NCBI GenBank assembly: GCA_029977225.1
Contig: JAPOLH010000001.1
Span: 1 to 57,782 of the forward strand
DNA length: 57,782 nucleotides
Source of the DNA: Verrucomicrobiaceae bacterium
Lineage (GTDB): Bacteria; Verrucomicrobiota; Verrucomicrobiia; Verrucomicrobiales; Akkermansiaceae
Direction of reading: 5' to 3'
Shown here: positions 29,047 to 37,792 of the stretch, in pieces
How positions within the stretch are numbered: the first letter of the stretch is position 1
Layout: each line of letters begins with the position of its first letter
The notes under the pieces: generated by a model
Told to the model about the DNA's origin: nothing
What the model saw: only the letters and a program-made list of their open reading frames with translations
Databases searched by the model: none
Made by a program: the position numbers and the translations under genes

Positions 29047-29397
29047 TCAATATCGCCTCATCGATGGATCGATGAGGTCTGTCCACGCCTCGATGCCGCC
29101 CGCCATCGAAAAAGCGTTTTCTACGCCACGCGAACGCAGAAACATCGCCGCGCGCTGCGAGCGCATGCCGTGATGGCAGTAGACCACGATGCCTCGTTCG
29201 GTATCGGAGGTCAGGCGATCGAGCGTTTCGGCCAGCGTGCTGAGCGGAAACCACTCATTGCCTTTGATCTGGCAAATTTCGAGTTCCTCCTGTTCACGGC
29301 AATCGATCAGACGCGGGCGCTCCTGTGGCGGAAGTTCGATCCAGCTCGCAACATCGGCAGGGCTGACTTCAATTTGGGCTTGTGGGTCAGGTAGCAT
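29047..29397 (-). CDS. Rhodanese-like protein
   Basis: LIDCRE, VVYCHHGMRS and SMAGGIEAW..IDPSMRRY. Confidence 0.9.
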   Translation of the reverse strand: MLPDPQAQIEVSPADVASWIELPPQERPRLIDCREQEELEICQIKGNEWFPLSTLAETLDRLTSDTERGIVVYCHHGMRSQRAAMFLRSRGVENAFSMAGGIEAWTDLIDPSMRRY

Positions 29398-29425
29398 GAA
29401 CTCTTCGACGGCGATCGTTTTGTGA

Positions 29426-30055
29426 TTATTCGACAACTACTGGCGTGCCGACCGAAACATTTTCGAAAAACTTCTCCGACATTTGGTGGGGCATGCGGAT
29501 GCAGCCGTGTGAGGCAGCATATCCGGGCAGATAGCCAGTGTGCATGCCGATGCCACCTGCAAAGCGCATAAAATTTGGCATCGGGGCTGGGTAATAGACC
29601 GCGCCTGGCGGGATCTTGTCGACGCGAATGTCGACATTGTCGTTGATCGTCATCCCGGTCTGCTTGTCTTTGAAAACGCCGTAAAGCGAGGATTTGTGAT
29701 CCTTACTCATTTGTGTGATCTTGTAATTGCCCGGCGGAGTGTTGTGACCTTCGCTGCCACTGGAAATTCGCGACACGCCTACCAACACGCCACCTTTGTA
29801 GAAAAAGGCTTTTTGCTGGCTGCGGTTGATCTTGATCAAGGGGCTGCCAGGAACGCCGTCGCCGTCCCAGTACGAAACATCGTCGGGGATTGCGGGCGGC
29901 GGGTGGTGCGGGCCGTTGGTGGTCTGCTTTTTGATCGGACCGACCCCCGCCATGTAGCCCGAGCGGGCGGGACCCGAGGGGCCGCAAGAACTCAAGGCGA
30001 TGATCGCCAACAAACACGGAGCGGCCCAAGTGGTGGTGAGCTTCAAAAACTTCAT
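29426..30055 (-). CDS. L,D-transpeptidase (YkuD) lipoprotein
   Basis: Lipobox LSSC; catalytic motif GIGMH..ASHGCIRM. Confidence 0.88.
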   Translation of the reverse strand: MKFLKLTTTWAAPCLLAIIALSSCGPSGPARSGYMAGVGPIKKQTTNGPHHPPPAIPDDVSYWDGDGVPGSPLIKINRSQQKAFFYKGGVLVGVSRISSGSEGHNTPPGNYKITQMSKDHKSSLYGVFKDKQTGMTINDNVDIRVDKIPPGAVYYPAPMPNFMRFAGGIGMHTGYLPGYAASHGCIRMPHQMSEKFFENVSVGTPVVVE

Positions 30056-30279
30056 TTCCCGCGAAAAATGCCGCGCACTCAGCGAGGCGTCAAGCCGACA
30101 CGCCATACATCAACGAACATCGATGAGGAAGATAGCCGAGGGGTCTAAAGACGGAAGACGAGGGGCCAAGATGAAGGCGGCTTTTTGGCAAGACGCCAAG
30201 ATTGCGATTGTCATTCTCAAGGATTTCGCGATAGTCATGTTATCTTGATTATAGCAGGTGGAAGTTTGATCGGTTGTCT

Positions 30280-30295
30280 TGGCACCATGCATGCT
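30280..30295 (+). promoter_or_regulatory. Sigma54-like promoter of the PIN-PhoH gene
   Basis: TGGCACCATGCATGCT (GG-N10-GC), about 65 nt upstream of the ATG at 30361. Confidence 0.55.
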
Positions 30296-30360
30296 GTCTG
30301 CGGGATTGTCGCCGATGTTTTCCGCTCCACCGAGGTTCATTTCTCCTCACTCCCATATCC

Positions 30361-31899
30361 ATGATCAATCAAACCGAAGAAGAATCGCAATGTGCCCTGT
30401 TTGAGGAAACCCGTATGTCGGATCGCATGAAAAAACCGCGGCGCAGCTCGTCAAAACTTTCGCAGCCCGAAGACTTCGGTCTCACCGCTCCCTCGCAGAT
30501 AGTCAAAAACTATGTGCTCGATACGAACGTACTGCTGCACGATCCGGCATCGCTCGAGCGTTTCAAAGAAAACCACCTTTGCATTCCGGTGGATGTGTTG
30601 GCGGAGCTCGATAAATTCAAGTCCGAGCAAACCGAGCGTGGAGCCAACGCGCGTCGTGTGCACCGCAGACTCACTGAGATGTTTTCCTGCTCGGAGAAAG
30701 TCACGCGCGGCGTTGCCACGCCCTTTGGTGGCACGGTGCGCATGGTGATCTACGACCCGGCGATCTGCCCGAAGAATTCCGAGCAACTCAACCTATTTCA
30801 TCGCATTTTTCCCGATCGCGAGCGTGTCGATCACCGTATTCTCGCTGCCTGTTTGTTGTTGATGCAGCACAACTCGGCGCCAGTGGTGCTCGTTACCAAA
30901 GACATCAACATGCAACTCAAGGCCCGCGCGGTCGGTATCGAGTGCCAGGACTACCTCAACGACAAAGTCGATGTGCGCGAGGTATCGAACTACGAGGTTC
31001 ATCGTATTGAGGTCGACCCCAGTGAACTGCAGCGTTTTGCGAGCGCGGGTGACATCATGCTCGACGAGGAACGTTGCGCCGGCGTCGTCGTCAACGAGTA
31101 CGTGCTACTTGGAGTTGGTGAAAAACAAACCATGCCCGCGCGCCGAGTCGCCGATGGTAGATTCGTGCGACTCAATTTTCCCGAAGCGCTCAAGATTCCC
31201 GATGGTCAGTCGCTCAAGCCGCTCAACCTCGGTCAGCGATGCCTCATCGACGCGTTGCTCAATCCGGAGATTTCGCTTGTAACCTGCTATGGCCACGCCG
31301 GCACTGGCAAGACGCTCGTCGCGGTCGCGGCAGGTCTTCACGAAATGTTCAACCGTCGCTACAACGGCATCACCGTCAGCCGCCCAGTGGTGGCGATGGG
31401 CGAGCAGCTTGGTTTCCTTCCTGGATCGCTCGACGAGAAAATGCGCCCGTGGCTGCAACCGATCCACGACGCGCTCGATCTTCTCATGCGCCCGAGCACG
31501 CCGCTCGGACCGCGCCGCAAGCAACAAAAAGCCAATGCGGCCCCCAACCCGGCTGGGGTGAAAAAGCCTTATGAAATTTTGATGGAACAGGGCATCCTTG
31601 AAATTGAAGCGCTCTGCTACATCCGCGGCCGTTCAATCCCCAACCGCTTTTTCATCCTCGATGAGGCACAGCAACTCACACCGCAGGAGGCCAAGACGAT
31701 CGTCACGCGCATGTCGCGCGACTCGAAGCTCGTGCTCGTCGGCGATCCGGCGCAGATCGACAACCCCTATGTTGACAGTCGCAGCAACGGTCTCGTCTAC
31801 ACGCGCAACCGCCTCAAAGGTCAGGACTTCGTCGCGCATGTCGCCCTCAACCGAGGAGAGCGCTCCGAACTTGCAGAGGCCGGTGCAAGGCTGATGTAA
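30361..31899 (+). CDS. PIN-PhoH (PhoH2) family ATPase
   Basis: PIN domain (YVLDTNVLLHD, DHRIL, LVTKD), Walker A GHAGTGKT, GFLPG, YIRGRS, ILDEAQ and GDPAQID. Confidence 0.92.
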   Translation: MINQTEEESQCALFEETRMSDRMKKPRRSSSKLSQPEDFGLTAPSQIVKNYVLDTNVLLHDPASLERFKENHLCIPVDVLAELDKFKSEQTERGANARRVHRRLTEMFSCSEKVTRGVATPFGGTVRMVIYDPAICPKNSEQLNLFHRIFPDRERVDHRILAACLLLMQHNSAPVVLVTKDINMQLKARAVGIECQDYLNDKVDVREVSNYEVHRIEVDPSELQRFASAGDIMLDEERCAGVVVNEYVLLGVGEKQTMPARRVADGRFVRLNFPEALKIPDGQSLKPLNLGQRCLIDALLNPEISLVTCYGHAGTGKTLVAVAAGLHEMFNRRYNGITVSRPVVAMGEQLGFLPGSLDEKMRPWLQPIHDALDLLMRPSTPLGPRRKQQKANAAPNPAGVKKPYEILMEQGILEIEALCYIRGRSIPNRFFILDEAQQLTPQEAKTIVTRMSRDSKLVLVGDPAQIDNPYVDSRSNGLVYTRNRLKGQDFVAHVALNRGERSELAEAGARLM

Positions 31900-32092
31900 G
31901 CTGCCTTCTCCTCCCGCGACAATGGGTCAATTCACTCTCCTGTGCCCGAGTCCACCGAGCCATCGGTGAAGTACACTGGTGGCTAGAAAACTTGAAATTA
32001 GCCTCTAATTTTTTGCCGAGCTGGGCAAATTTTTTCAAATTTTAAGCCCATTGGGCGGGAAAATTTAGAAAAATCGGCCAAGTTTGGATTCG

Positions 32093-32105
32093 CAACCTAT
32101 TGATA
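32093..32105 (-). promoter_or_regulatory. IHF-like site upstream of the dcw cluster
   Basis: Minus strand TATCAATAGGTTG matches WATCAA-N4-TTR. Confidence 0.4.
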
Positions 32106-32158
32106 ATCAAACGAATAAAACTATCTTACGGTAGGTCTTATTTTTTCTTGTCGATTGA

Positions 32159-32176
32159 GTGTATTTTGGTGTATTT
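32159..32176 (+). promoter_or_regulatory. Probable MraZ autoregulatory direct repeats
   Basis: GTGTATTT twice at a 10-nt period, just upstream of mraZ. Confidence 0.45.
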
Positions 32177-32208
32177 CAATACCACCTGAGCGTCATTCGG
32201 GTTTCGTC

Positions 32209-32661
32209 GTGAGCAGCAACTACCAGCGATACAAGGGATTCACTCCCTACAAGATGGACCCCAAGTTTCGGGTTTCCGTGCCGACGGCATGGCGCCCGGA
32301 GGCGGGTGGCGTTTTGTTTCTGCTGTTCTCCAAGGAGCATGAGATGCCTTTGGTGAAGGTGCTGAGTCATGAGGCCTATGGTGAAAAAGTTTCGTTGATT
32401 CAGGGCAGCGACAAGACGCCGGTCGAGAAGGGCAAGTTGCTGGGCAAGCTGGCAATGTTGTGCCGCGAAGTATCGCTCAACGAGCAGGGCAAATTGTTGG
32501 TGCCGAAGGACCTGAGCGAGAAGGCCGGCATCGATGCCGACTCCGAAGTCGTGTTGGCCGGCCGTGGCATTCATTTTGAAATTTGGAGCAAAGCGAACTT
32601 CGAGCGAGTGCTCAACATCGAGACCCGCGAAGACGAAAGCGACGACCTTGGAATTTTCTGA
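32209..32661 (+). CDS. mraZ: Transcriptional regulator MraZ
   Basis: MDPKFRVSVP, LNEQGKLLVP and GRGIHFEIWS; first gene of the dcw cluster. GTG start assumed. Confidence 0.85.
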   Translation: MSSNYQRYKGFTPYKMDPKFRVSVPTAWRPEAGGVLFLLFSKEHEMPLVKVLSHEAYGEKVSLIQGSDKTPVEKGKLLGKLAMLCREVSLNEQGKLLVPKDLSEKAGIDADSEVVLAGRGIHFEIWSKANFERVLNIETREDESDDLGIF

Positions 32662-32725
32662 TCACTCATTCATCAACCCCACCACGAGCAATCCATCATG
32701 TGGCTCACATCAACCGCGCCAATCT

Positions 32726-32993
32726 CCGAGCTGGCCTGCGCGCCGATCGGCGAAGCTCGCGGTCTGCGCTCGGTGGGGGCATTGAAAAAATTTCCTGCCA
32801 TACAAGACCTCGCGCCCGGGACGGTGAGGGGTTTTGGCAACGCAACGGATGTCCGCGCCGCACCTGGCTGGTTGGCGGCGCGGCGTCCGGGGACTTTCAA
32901 GGATGGGCGCATGGGATCTCCCGGGACGGAGCATTCGGCGCCTGTGAATGCGATGGCTCGCGCGGCTTCCGGCTGGTTGTCCGCGCGGCTATC
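32726..32993 (+). other. Structured tandem-repeat element between mraZ and rsmH (RNA element and/or RsmH N-terminal extension)
   Basis: Five hairpins. CCCGGGACGG at 32815 and 32920; GGCTGGTTG at 32866 and 32971; both pairs are 105 nt apart. Confidence 0.5.
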
Positions 32994-33063
32994 GTGGCTT
33001 TCAAAATCACGTGATGTTTCGCGTGAGGTCTCACCAATCGCGGGTAAAGCCGCATGCATGGCA

Positions 33064-34029
33064 ATGAGCGAAGCCAACTCGCCAGATGAGTTGCAGGACA
33101 AAGGCAAGTATCATTTGCCGGTCTTGCCCGCGGAGGTGTCCGAGTGGATGGCTGCCAAGCCGAGCGATTTCATCATCGATGCGACGCTTGGTGGCGGTGG
33201 CCATAGCGAGATGTTTCTCAAGGCTGGCGCCGAAGTGCTCGGTGTGGATCGTGATCCCGAGGCGCTCGAGCACACACGCACACGCTTGGCGGGCTATGGT
33301 TCGCGCTTCTCAACTTGGGAGGGAAATTTTTCCAACTTGCTGGAGATCCCAGCGATCAAGGCCGGACGCAAGGCAGATGGCTTGTTGCTGGATTTGGGAG
33401 TTTCATCTCGTCAGTTGGATTCCGCGGCGCGTGGTTTTTCATTCATGCGCGAAGGCCCGCTCGACATGCGCATGGGGCCATCGAGTCCGCGCACGGCGGC
33501 GGAATTGGTGAATCAATCGAGCGAAGCCGAGCTCACACGCATTTTGTTTGAATTTGGTGAAGAGCCCAAAGCTCGGCGTATTGCCGCGGCTTTGGTCAAG
33601 CAACGCGAAGTGAAACCTTTCACCACTACCCTCGAGCTTGCATCGTGCATCGAGGCTACAGTGGGCCGCCAAGGCCGCATTCATCCGGCAACGCGTGCGT
33701 TTCAAGCGATTCGCATGGCGGTCAATGAAGAGCTTGAATCCCTCGCCGCCGCCCTGGCTGCCGTGCCGCAGGTGCTCAAGCCTGGTGGCCGGCTTTTGGT
33801 GATCACTTTTCACAGCCTCGAGGATCGCTTGGTGAAACGCTATCTGCGTCACCGTTCGACGCCCTTGATCGATGAGCCGGGCTGGCCCGCTCCCCGTCCG
33901 AATCCCGATTTTCAGTTTCAACTCCTCGCACGCAAGGCCATTGCGCCCTGCGCTGCCGAGATATCCACCAACCCTCGGTCGCGCAGTTCAAAACTGCGAG
34001 TCGCCCGTCTATTGGAAAACACACCATGA
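33064..34029 (+). CDS. rsmH: 16S rRNA m4C1402 methyltransferase RsmH (frame is open upstream to ATG 32698)
   Basis: HLPVL, DATLGGGGHS, LDLGVSS.QLD, PLDMRM, HPATRAFQAIR, ITFHSLEDR and NPRSRS. Confidence 0.95.
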   Translation: MSEANSPDELQDKGKYHLPVLPAEVSEWMAAKPSDFIIDATLGGGGHSEMFLKAGAEVLGVDRDPEALEHTRTRLAGYGSRFSTWEGNFSNLLEIPAIKAGRKADGLLLDLGVSSRQLDSAARGFSFMREGPLDMRMGPSSPRTAAELVNQSSEAELTRILFEFGEEPKARRIAAALVKQREVKPFTTTLELASCIEATVGRQGRIHPATRAFQAIRMAVNEELESLAAALAAVPQVLKPGGRLLVITFHSLEDRLVKRYLRHRSTPLIDEPGWPAPRPNPDFQFQLLARKAIAPCAAEISTNPRSRSSKLRVARLLENTP

Positions 34030-34367
34030 ACCGTCGCCGCAATCAATCGCGCACGCCCGCATTCATTATTGCCGCTCTGATTCTTGCCGCAGTCACTGTT
34101 GCGGGCGGCGGAGTTTATTACGCCTACCTCAAGAACCGCCAAGTGCAAGCAAGCCGTGACATCGACAAGATCGAGCGCGACATTGAACAATACCGTCTCG
34201 ACACGCGGACCACTCAAATGCGCATGGACGAGTTGCTAAACCGCTTTGTGATCCGCACTCAACTTTCCGAAAATGGCTCGGAGCTCATTGCGATTTCCAG
34301 TGAGATTCTTGAAGAAGTAAACCCAAGCCCCGCCGACCCGCGCGCCGTTGCGTCCGCCGCACCCTGA
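34026..34367 (+). CDS. ftsL: FtsL-like cell division protein
   Basis: Basic N-terminus, one TM and a coiled coil; lies between rsmH and ftsI. Confidence 0.6.
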   Translation: MNRRRNQSRTPAFIIAALILAAVTVAGGGVYYAYLKNRQVQASRDIDKIERDIEQYRLDTRTTQMRMDELLNRFVIRTQLSENGSELIAISSEILEEVNPSPADPRAVASAAP

Positions 34368-34370
34368 TTC

Positions 34371-36296
34371 GTGACCTCATCGTTCCAAGCTCGCTGCATC
34401 ACCCTCTTCTCGATCCTTGTGATCGGCTTGAGTGTGCTCTCGTGGCGGCTGGTTCAGATTCAGTTGGTCAACCGCCACCGCTATGCGGAGAGCTCGCGCA
34501 AGGCATTTCACAGGATAGAGAAACTGCCGGCAGTGCGCGGCATGATTGTCGACTGCCGTGAGGAGCCGATCGCCAAGAGCATTCCAGTTTCGACGCTTAT
34601 CATAGATAGCAACCATCTTAAAGATCCGAAGCAGGCGAGTTACGGTCTTGCCTACAAGGAGTTGTGCGAGACTGAAGGATGGGATCAATTGGACGCGGCA
34701 ACGCAACGTAGGAAGATTGTCAGCCAGCGCGGAGAAATTCTTGAGCGTGACACCAGCGAGGAAATCGTGCGCAAGCATTTGGATTACGCCGTGAGCGTCT
34801 TGGCGAGGCCACTTGGCATGAAGCACGCGGATTTGATGGCCAAGATCAAAAATAGCAGGAGCGACTGGTTTGCGCTGAAAAAAGATTTAGCCGATGATAT
34901 TGCCGACGGCCTGCGCGAAACCATCGCCCGCAATTTTTTGCAAGGTTTCGAATTTCAAAATTCCAGCAAGCGCTGGTACAGCTCGTCGAACCTCGCCACA
35001 CACTTGATCGGTTTCACTGGCGAAAAAGAAATGCCCAACGAAAAGGGTAAGCTCGAAACCAAGGTCGTCGGGTGCTTCGGCATCGAGGCCGCGATGCAGG
35101 AATACCTCGCCGGGCGCGATGGCTGGCGACAGCACCACCGCGATGCGCGCGGTCTGGTGGTGCCGGGAAATTCCGGCAGCCTTCTGCCGCCGCGTGCGGG
35201 CCTTAATGTGCAACTCACCATCGACATGGGATTGCAGGCGATCGTCGAGGAGGAAATGGAAGCCTGCCTTGCGGAGTTTAAATCCGAGCGCGGTGCCGTG
35301 ATTTTGATGAATCCGAAAAACGGCGAGATTCTCGCCATGGCGAGCAGGCCGCACTTTAATCTCAATCGTCGCGATGGCATCGCTCAAAACGGATTCAACT
35401 TTGCCACGCAAGCGATCTACGAGCCGGGCTCGACCTTCAAGATTGTGGCCTGCGCAGGGGCGATCAACGAAGGCATCGCTAAGCCGACCACGCAAACTTT
35501 CTGTCACAACGGCTTGTATTCCGAAGGTGGATTCACCGTGCCGGATCACCATCCGTACGGCAACCTCACGCTGGAGGGGGTGCTGGCAAAGTCGAGCAAC
35601 ATCGGGGCATACAAGTTTGCCAAGCAACTTGGATCAAAGCGCTTTTACGATTACGTCAGCCGTTGGGGTTTTGGCCGCAAAACCGGAATTCATCTCGGTG
35701 GTGAAAGCTCCGGGATCGCACGCAATACCAATAATCCTGTCGACTTCTCGCGCGCGAGTTACGGTTATGCTCTTAATGTCACGCCCTTGCAAATGGCATG
35801 CGCGTATTCGGTGATTGGCGGTGACGGACGCTTGCTTAAGCCGAAGGTCGTCAAATCACTTGTCGCCAACGACGGCACGGTGGTGGAAACATTTCCCGAA
35901 GAAGAGGTTTGCCGTGTGCTGAAGCCAGAGACGGCTAGGCAGATGCGCGAGGCGATGGTTAAAACCATTGAGCCGGGCGGCACTGCAACGCTAGCCGCTG
36001 TTAAGGGATACAAGGTTTCCGGCAAGACAGGCACTGCCAAGCGCCATAATCCGAATGGCCCTGGTTACTTAAATAACAGTTACACGGTCTCGTTCGCTGG
36101 CATGATGCCGGCCGATGATCCAGCCTTTGTCGGCGTTGTCGTGATCGATGATCCGAAGACCAACAAAGTGTCGCGCTACGGCGGCACCATCGCTGCGCCT
36201 GCCTTTGGCCGCATCGCCAAACGCGCTGCCATCTATTTGAACCTGCCGCCCACCGAACCTGTGAATCCCTCGCTGACGAAGGTCGCCACACCATGA
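34371..36296 (+). CDS. ftsI: Class B PBP FtsI/PBP3
   Basis: RGMIVD, SxxK (EPGSTFK), SxN (KSSN) and KTG (GKTGTA). Confidence 0.9.
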   Translation: MTSSFQARCITLFSILVIGLSVLSWRLVQIQLVNRHRYAESSRKAFHRIEKLPAVRGMIVDCREEPIAKSIPVSTLIIDSNHLKDPKQASYGLAYKELCETEGWDQLDAATQRRKIVSQRGEILERDTSEEIVRKHLDYAVSVLARPLGMKHADLMAKIKNSRSDWFALKKDLADDIADGLRETIARNFLQGFEFQNSSKRWYSSSNLATHLIGFTGEKEMPNEKGKLETKVVGCFGIEAAMQEYLAGRDGWRQHHRDARGLVVPGNSGSLLPPRAGLNVQLTIDMGLQAIVEEEMEACLAEFKSERGAVILMNPKNGEILAMASRPHFNLNRRDGIAQNGFNFATQAIYEPGSTFKIVACAGAINEGIAKPTTQTFCHNGLYSEGGFTVPDHHPYGNLTLEGVLAKSSNIGAYKFAKQLGSKRFYDYVSRWGFGRKTGIHLGGESSGIARNTNNPVDFSRASYGYALNVTPLQMACAYSVIGGDGRLLKPKVVKSLVANDGTVVETFPEEEVCRVLKPETARQMREAMVKTIEPGGTATLAAVKGYKVSGKTGTAKRHNPNGPGYLNNSYTVSFAGMMPADDPAFVGVVVIDDPKTNKVSRYGGTIAAPAFGRIAKRAAIYLNLPPTEPVNPSLTKVATP

Positions 36297-37792
36297 TTCT
36301 AAAGCAACTTGTCGCCAGCCTTCCACGTGTCACCGCCTCTGGGCCGATGGACGCGGAGATCCACTCGCTCACCGCATCATCCAAAGAAGTTGGCCCTGGC
36401 GCGGTGTTTGCCGCGATTCGCGGAAGCGCAAATGATGGCCATCGTTTCATCGATGATGCCTTGTCCGCTGGCGCTTCAGCCATCCTTGCCGAGACCGCGC
36501 CGCCGAGTGATTTTGGAAATACGGTGGCATGGCTGCATGTTCCCGACAGCCGTGCGGCACTTGCCGAAATGGCATCGGCGTTGGCGGGCCATCCGTGGCG
36601 TGATCTCGCGATGGCTGGAGTGACCGGCACGAATGGGAAAACCACCACCGCGTTTCTCATTCATCATGTGATGAAGACCGAGTGGCATCGCGCGGGCTTG
36701 CTCGGTACCGTGTTGGTCGATGATGGTGAAACGGTTTCGTCCGCCACGCACACCACGCCCGATCCGGTGGCGCTTTTGCAATTGATTGCACGCATGCGCG
36801 ATCACGGCTGCCGAGGGGTGGCGATGGAAGTTTCGTCGCACGGCATCCACCAAAAGCGAGTGGCATCGATTGGATTTGATGCCTGCGTTTTCACCAACCT
36901 GAGTCAGGATCATCTCGATTATCATGGCACGATGGATGCGTACTTCCGTGCCAAGGCCGATTGGTTTCATGCGCTTGCGGCCGACCCGCGCGGCAAAAAG
37001 ACGGTCGCTGTGATCAACACCGATGATTCCTTCGGTGCCGAGCTTGCGGATGAGCTGGATGGCAAAATGCCGCTTATTCGATTTGGCTTCGGCGTGCATT
37101 GCGACTTTCGCGCCAACAACTTCATGCAATCGGCGCGCGGCATGGAGTTTGAGCTGTCGACCAAGGGGAAATCCTATCTCGTGCGCGCGCCATTGATTGG
37201 CCGCTTCAATGCATACAACCTGCTCGCAGCCCTCGCGGCGGCTCATGCTTGTGGGATCCGCCCACGCGAAGCGGTGGCGGCATTGGCGCATGCACCGCAA
37301 GTGCCGGGCCGCATGGAAAATGTGGGCAACGCCGGCGGTGCCACGGTGTTTGTCGATTATGCTCACACGCCCGATGCCTTGGAAAACGCCTGTCGTACAC
37401 TCAAGGAACTCAACCCGCGACGTTTGATCACGGTCTTCGGTTGCGGCGGCGATCGAGATCGCGGCAAGCGCCCGCTCATGGCTGCCGCCGCTGCGCGTCA
37501 CAGCGATGCCTGTGTGTTGACCTCGGACAATCCGCGTTCGGAAGATCCGCTTGCGATTCTGCGCGAGATCGAGGCAGGCATCGGCGGGAAAAATCATCTC
37601 AGCATCGTGGATCGCTCCGAGGCGATTTCCTTCGCCGTTCAAAACTCGCTTTCCGGCGACATCATTCTCATTGCCGGTAAAGGCCACGAAACCAGTCAGC
37701 AGTTTTCGGATCACGCCATTGAATTCGACGACCGCAAGCATGCCGCCAAAGCCTTGCGCGAAAGAGCCCAAGCGATTGCCGCCAACCGATGA
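36293..37792 (+). CDS. murE: MurE, meso-DAP-adding ligase
   Basis: GVTGTNGKTT, MEVSSHG, VDYAHTPDA, FGCGGDRD and the DNPR DAP-specificity motif. Confidence 0.97.
   Translation: MILKQLVASLPRVTASGPMDAEIHSLTASSKEVGPGAVFAAIRGSANDGHRFIDDALSAGASAILAETAPPSDFGNTVAWLHVPDSRAALAEMASALAGHPWRDLAMAGVTGTNGKTTTAFLIHHVMKTEWHRAGLLGTVLVDDGETVSSATHTTPDPVALLQLIARMRDHGCRGVAMEVSSHGIHQKRVASIGFDACVFTNLSQDHLDYHGTMDAYFRAKADWFHALAADPRGKKTVAVINTDDSFGAELADELDGKMPLIRFGFGVHCDFRANNFMQSARGMEFELSTKGKSYLVRAPLIGRFNAYNLLAALAAAHACGIRPREAVAALAHAPQVPGRMENVGNAGGATVFVDYAHTPDALENACRTLKELNPRRLITVFGCGGDRDRGKRPLMAAAAARHSDACVLTSDNPRSEDPLAILREIEAGIGGKNHLSIVDRSEAISFAVQNSLSGDIILIAGKGHETSQQFSDHAIEFDDRKHAAKALRERAQAIAANR

Noticed and set aside
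30204-30243. PHO box upstream of the PhoH-family gene
   Set aside because: The GTCAT units are 24 nt apart, not the 11-nt (or 22-nt) spacing of PhoB boxes.
32796-32993. Guanidine-II/III or another known riboswitch
   Set aside because: The ACGG is not a tetraloop closing a stem, the downstream gene does not fit, and I recognise no known aptamer consensus.
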